Of a stretch of 59,493 bases of DNA, positions 58,580 through 59,493 are shown piece by piece. The stretch comes from Candidatus Velthaea sp. (GTDB lineage Bacteria; Vulcanimicrobiota; Vulcanimicrobiia; Vulcanimicrobiales; Vulcanimicrobiaceae), in contig JBEKHC010000020.1 of the NCBI GenBank assembly GCA_050012475.1, positions 1 through 59,493 of the forward strand, in the 5' to 3' direction. A program made the position numbers and the translations under genes. Numbering within the stretch: position 1 is the first letter of the stretch; every line of letters begins with the position of its first letter. The notes under the pieces were generated by a model that was not told the DNA's origin, ran no database searches, and was given only the letters and a program-made list of their open reading frames with translations.

Positions 58580-59377
58580 TTAGCGGGGCTGCGGTGCCTC
58601 GGATCGCGGCGGTGCGACGGCGAACGCGAACACGGAGCCGTCGGCTTCGCGCCGTACCGCGATCGGAATGCCGTAGACCCGGCTCAACATGGCTTCATCG
58701 AGGATCCGCACCGGAGTATCGCAAGCCAGCAGCGTGCGCGTTCCGAGCAGTGCGATGCGATCGGCAAACGCAGCCGCCACGTTGAGATCATGCAGCACGA
58801 CGACGGCCGATTTGCCGCTCGCGACCAGGCGCCGCACGAGCGCGAGCAACTCGAACGTGTGGCGAATGTCGAGATGGCTGGTCGGTTCGTCGAGCAGCAG
58901 CACGCGCGTATCTTGTGCGACGGCTTGCGCAACCCAGACACGCTGCCGTTCGCCGCTCGATAATTCGGCGAAGCGGCGCCCGCGCAGGGCGCCGATCTCG
59001 GTTTCGGCGAGCGCCGCGTCGACCGCCGCGCGATCCTGCGCCGTCGACGACCAGCGCCACCACGGCCGGTACGGCAGTCGTCCTCCGGCAACGACATCGG
59101 CGACGCTCATCTGTTCCGGCAGTTCGCCGTCGGCTTCGATGAGTGCGATACGGCGGCCGCGCTCGCGCGGGCCGAGTGACGCGATCGCCCGTCCTTCGAG
59201 GGTGATGGTCCCGCTTTCGATGGGATGCATCCCGCCGATGGCTCGCAACAGCGTTGATTTTCCGATCCCGTTGGGTCCGACGAGCGCTAACAATTCGCCA
59301 GCTTCGACCGTCAGCGAGACGGCGCCCAGAATGCGACAGCCGCCGTAACCGAGCGCGACGTCGCGAACGTCGATCAT
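58580..59377 (-). CDS. Iron-siderophore/cobalamin ABC ATPase (FecE/BtuD-like)
   Basis: GPNGIGKST, LSSGERQRV, LDEPTSHLD, VLHDLN. Confidence 0.92.
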   Translation of the reverse strand: MIDVRDVALGYGGCRILGAVSLTVEAGELLALVGPNGIGKSTLLRAIGGMHPIESGTITLEGRAIASLGPRERGRRIALIEADGELPEQMSVADVVAGGRLPYRPWWRWSSTAQDRAAVDAALAETEIGALRGRRFAELSSGERQRVWVAQAVAQDTRVLLLDEPTSHLDIRHTFELLALVRRLVASGKSAVVVLHDLNVAAAFADRIALLGTRTLLACDTPVRILDEAMLSRVYGIPIAVRREADGSVFAFAVAPPRSEAPQPR

Positions 59378-59493
59378 GCGGCACGCCGCCGAAACGCGAG
59401 AAAGAGAAAGATCGGCACGCCGAACATCGACAGCAGCACGCCGACGGGCAAATCCAGCGGCGGCGCGATCGAGCGAGCCACCGCATCGGCGAG
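59374..59493 (-). CDS. FecCD/BtuC-type ABC permease, C-terminal end (partial)
   Basis: LADAVARSIAPPLDLPVGVLLSMFGVPIFSFLAFRRRAA*; ATGA overlap with the ATPase. Confidence 0.85.
   Translation of the reverse strand, partial: LADAVARSIAPPLDLPVGVLLSMFGVPIFLFLAFRRRAA

Overview
GC-rich bacterial chromosomal segment from a diderm organism (TonB-dependent receptor, SLH-domain porin, BBP2-type porin) that nevertheless uses Gram-positive-type LexA boxes (CGAAC-N4-GTTCG). This combination and the Pro/Ser/Ala-linker secreted proteins suggest Vulcanimicrobiota/Eremiobacterota (inference only). Contents, left to right: a truncated Crp/Fnr regulator; a split ligase-associated DNA-damage module (Lhr helicase + metallophosphoesterase, converging on MBL exonuclease + ATP-dependent ligase) interrupted by a Phd-VapC TA pair; cysK; asparaginase II; MarR / ECF sigma / RND pump; a degenerate Fic protein; metH; RidA; a methyltransferase-motB-motA block; LysR and a cystine-type ABC transporter; a CHASE-GGDEF cyclase; a liv ABC operon; an SLH porin; an operon of minor pilins, phosphomannomutase, a double-GTPase dynamin-like protein and nagA; a porin; cobQ; a cobalamin riboswitch with btuB/btuF; two frameshifted lipoprotein genes; and an iron/B12-type ABC ATPase/permease. 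No rRNA, tRNA, CRISPR array, transposase or integrase was seen. Most notable: a ~90-100 bp palindromic dispersed repeat with one copy embedded in the cobalamin riboswitch, paired LexA boxes on the two halves of the repair module, the dynamin with a second degenerate GTPase domain, a pseudo-Fic lacking its catalytic His, an imperfect direct-repeat array upstream of the SLH porin, a PduO N-terminal relic fused to cobQ, and two unannotated small ORFs. I cannot point to one clearly novel multi-gene system; these are candidates needing database checks.
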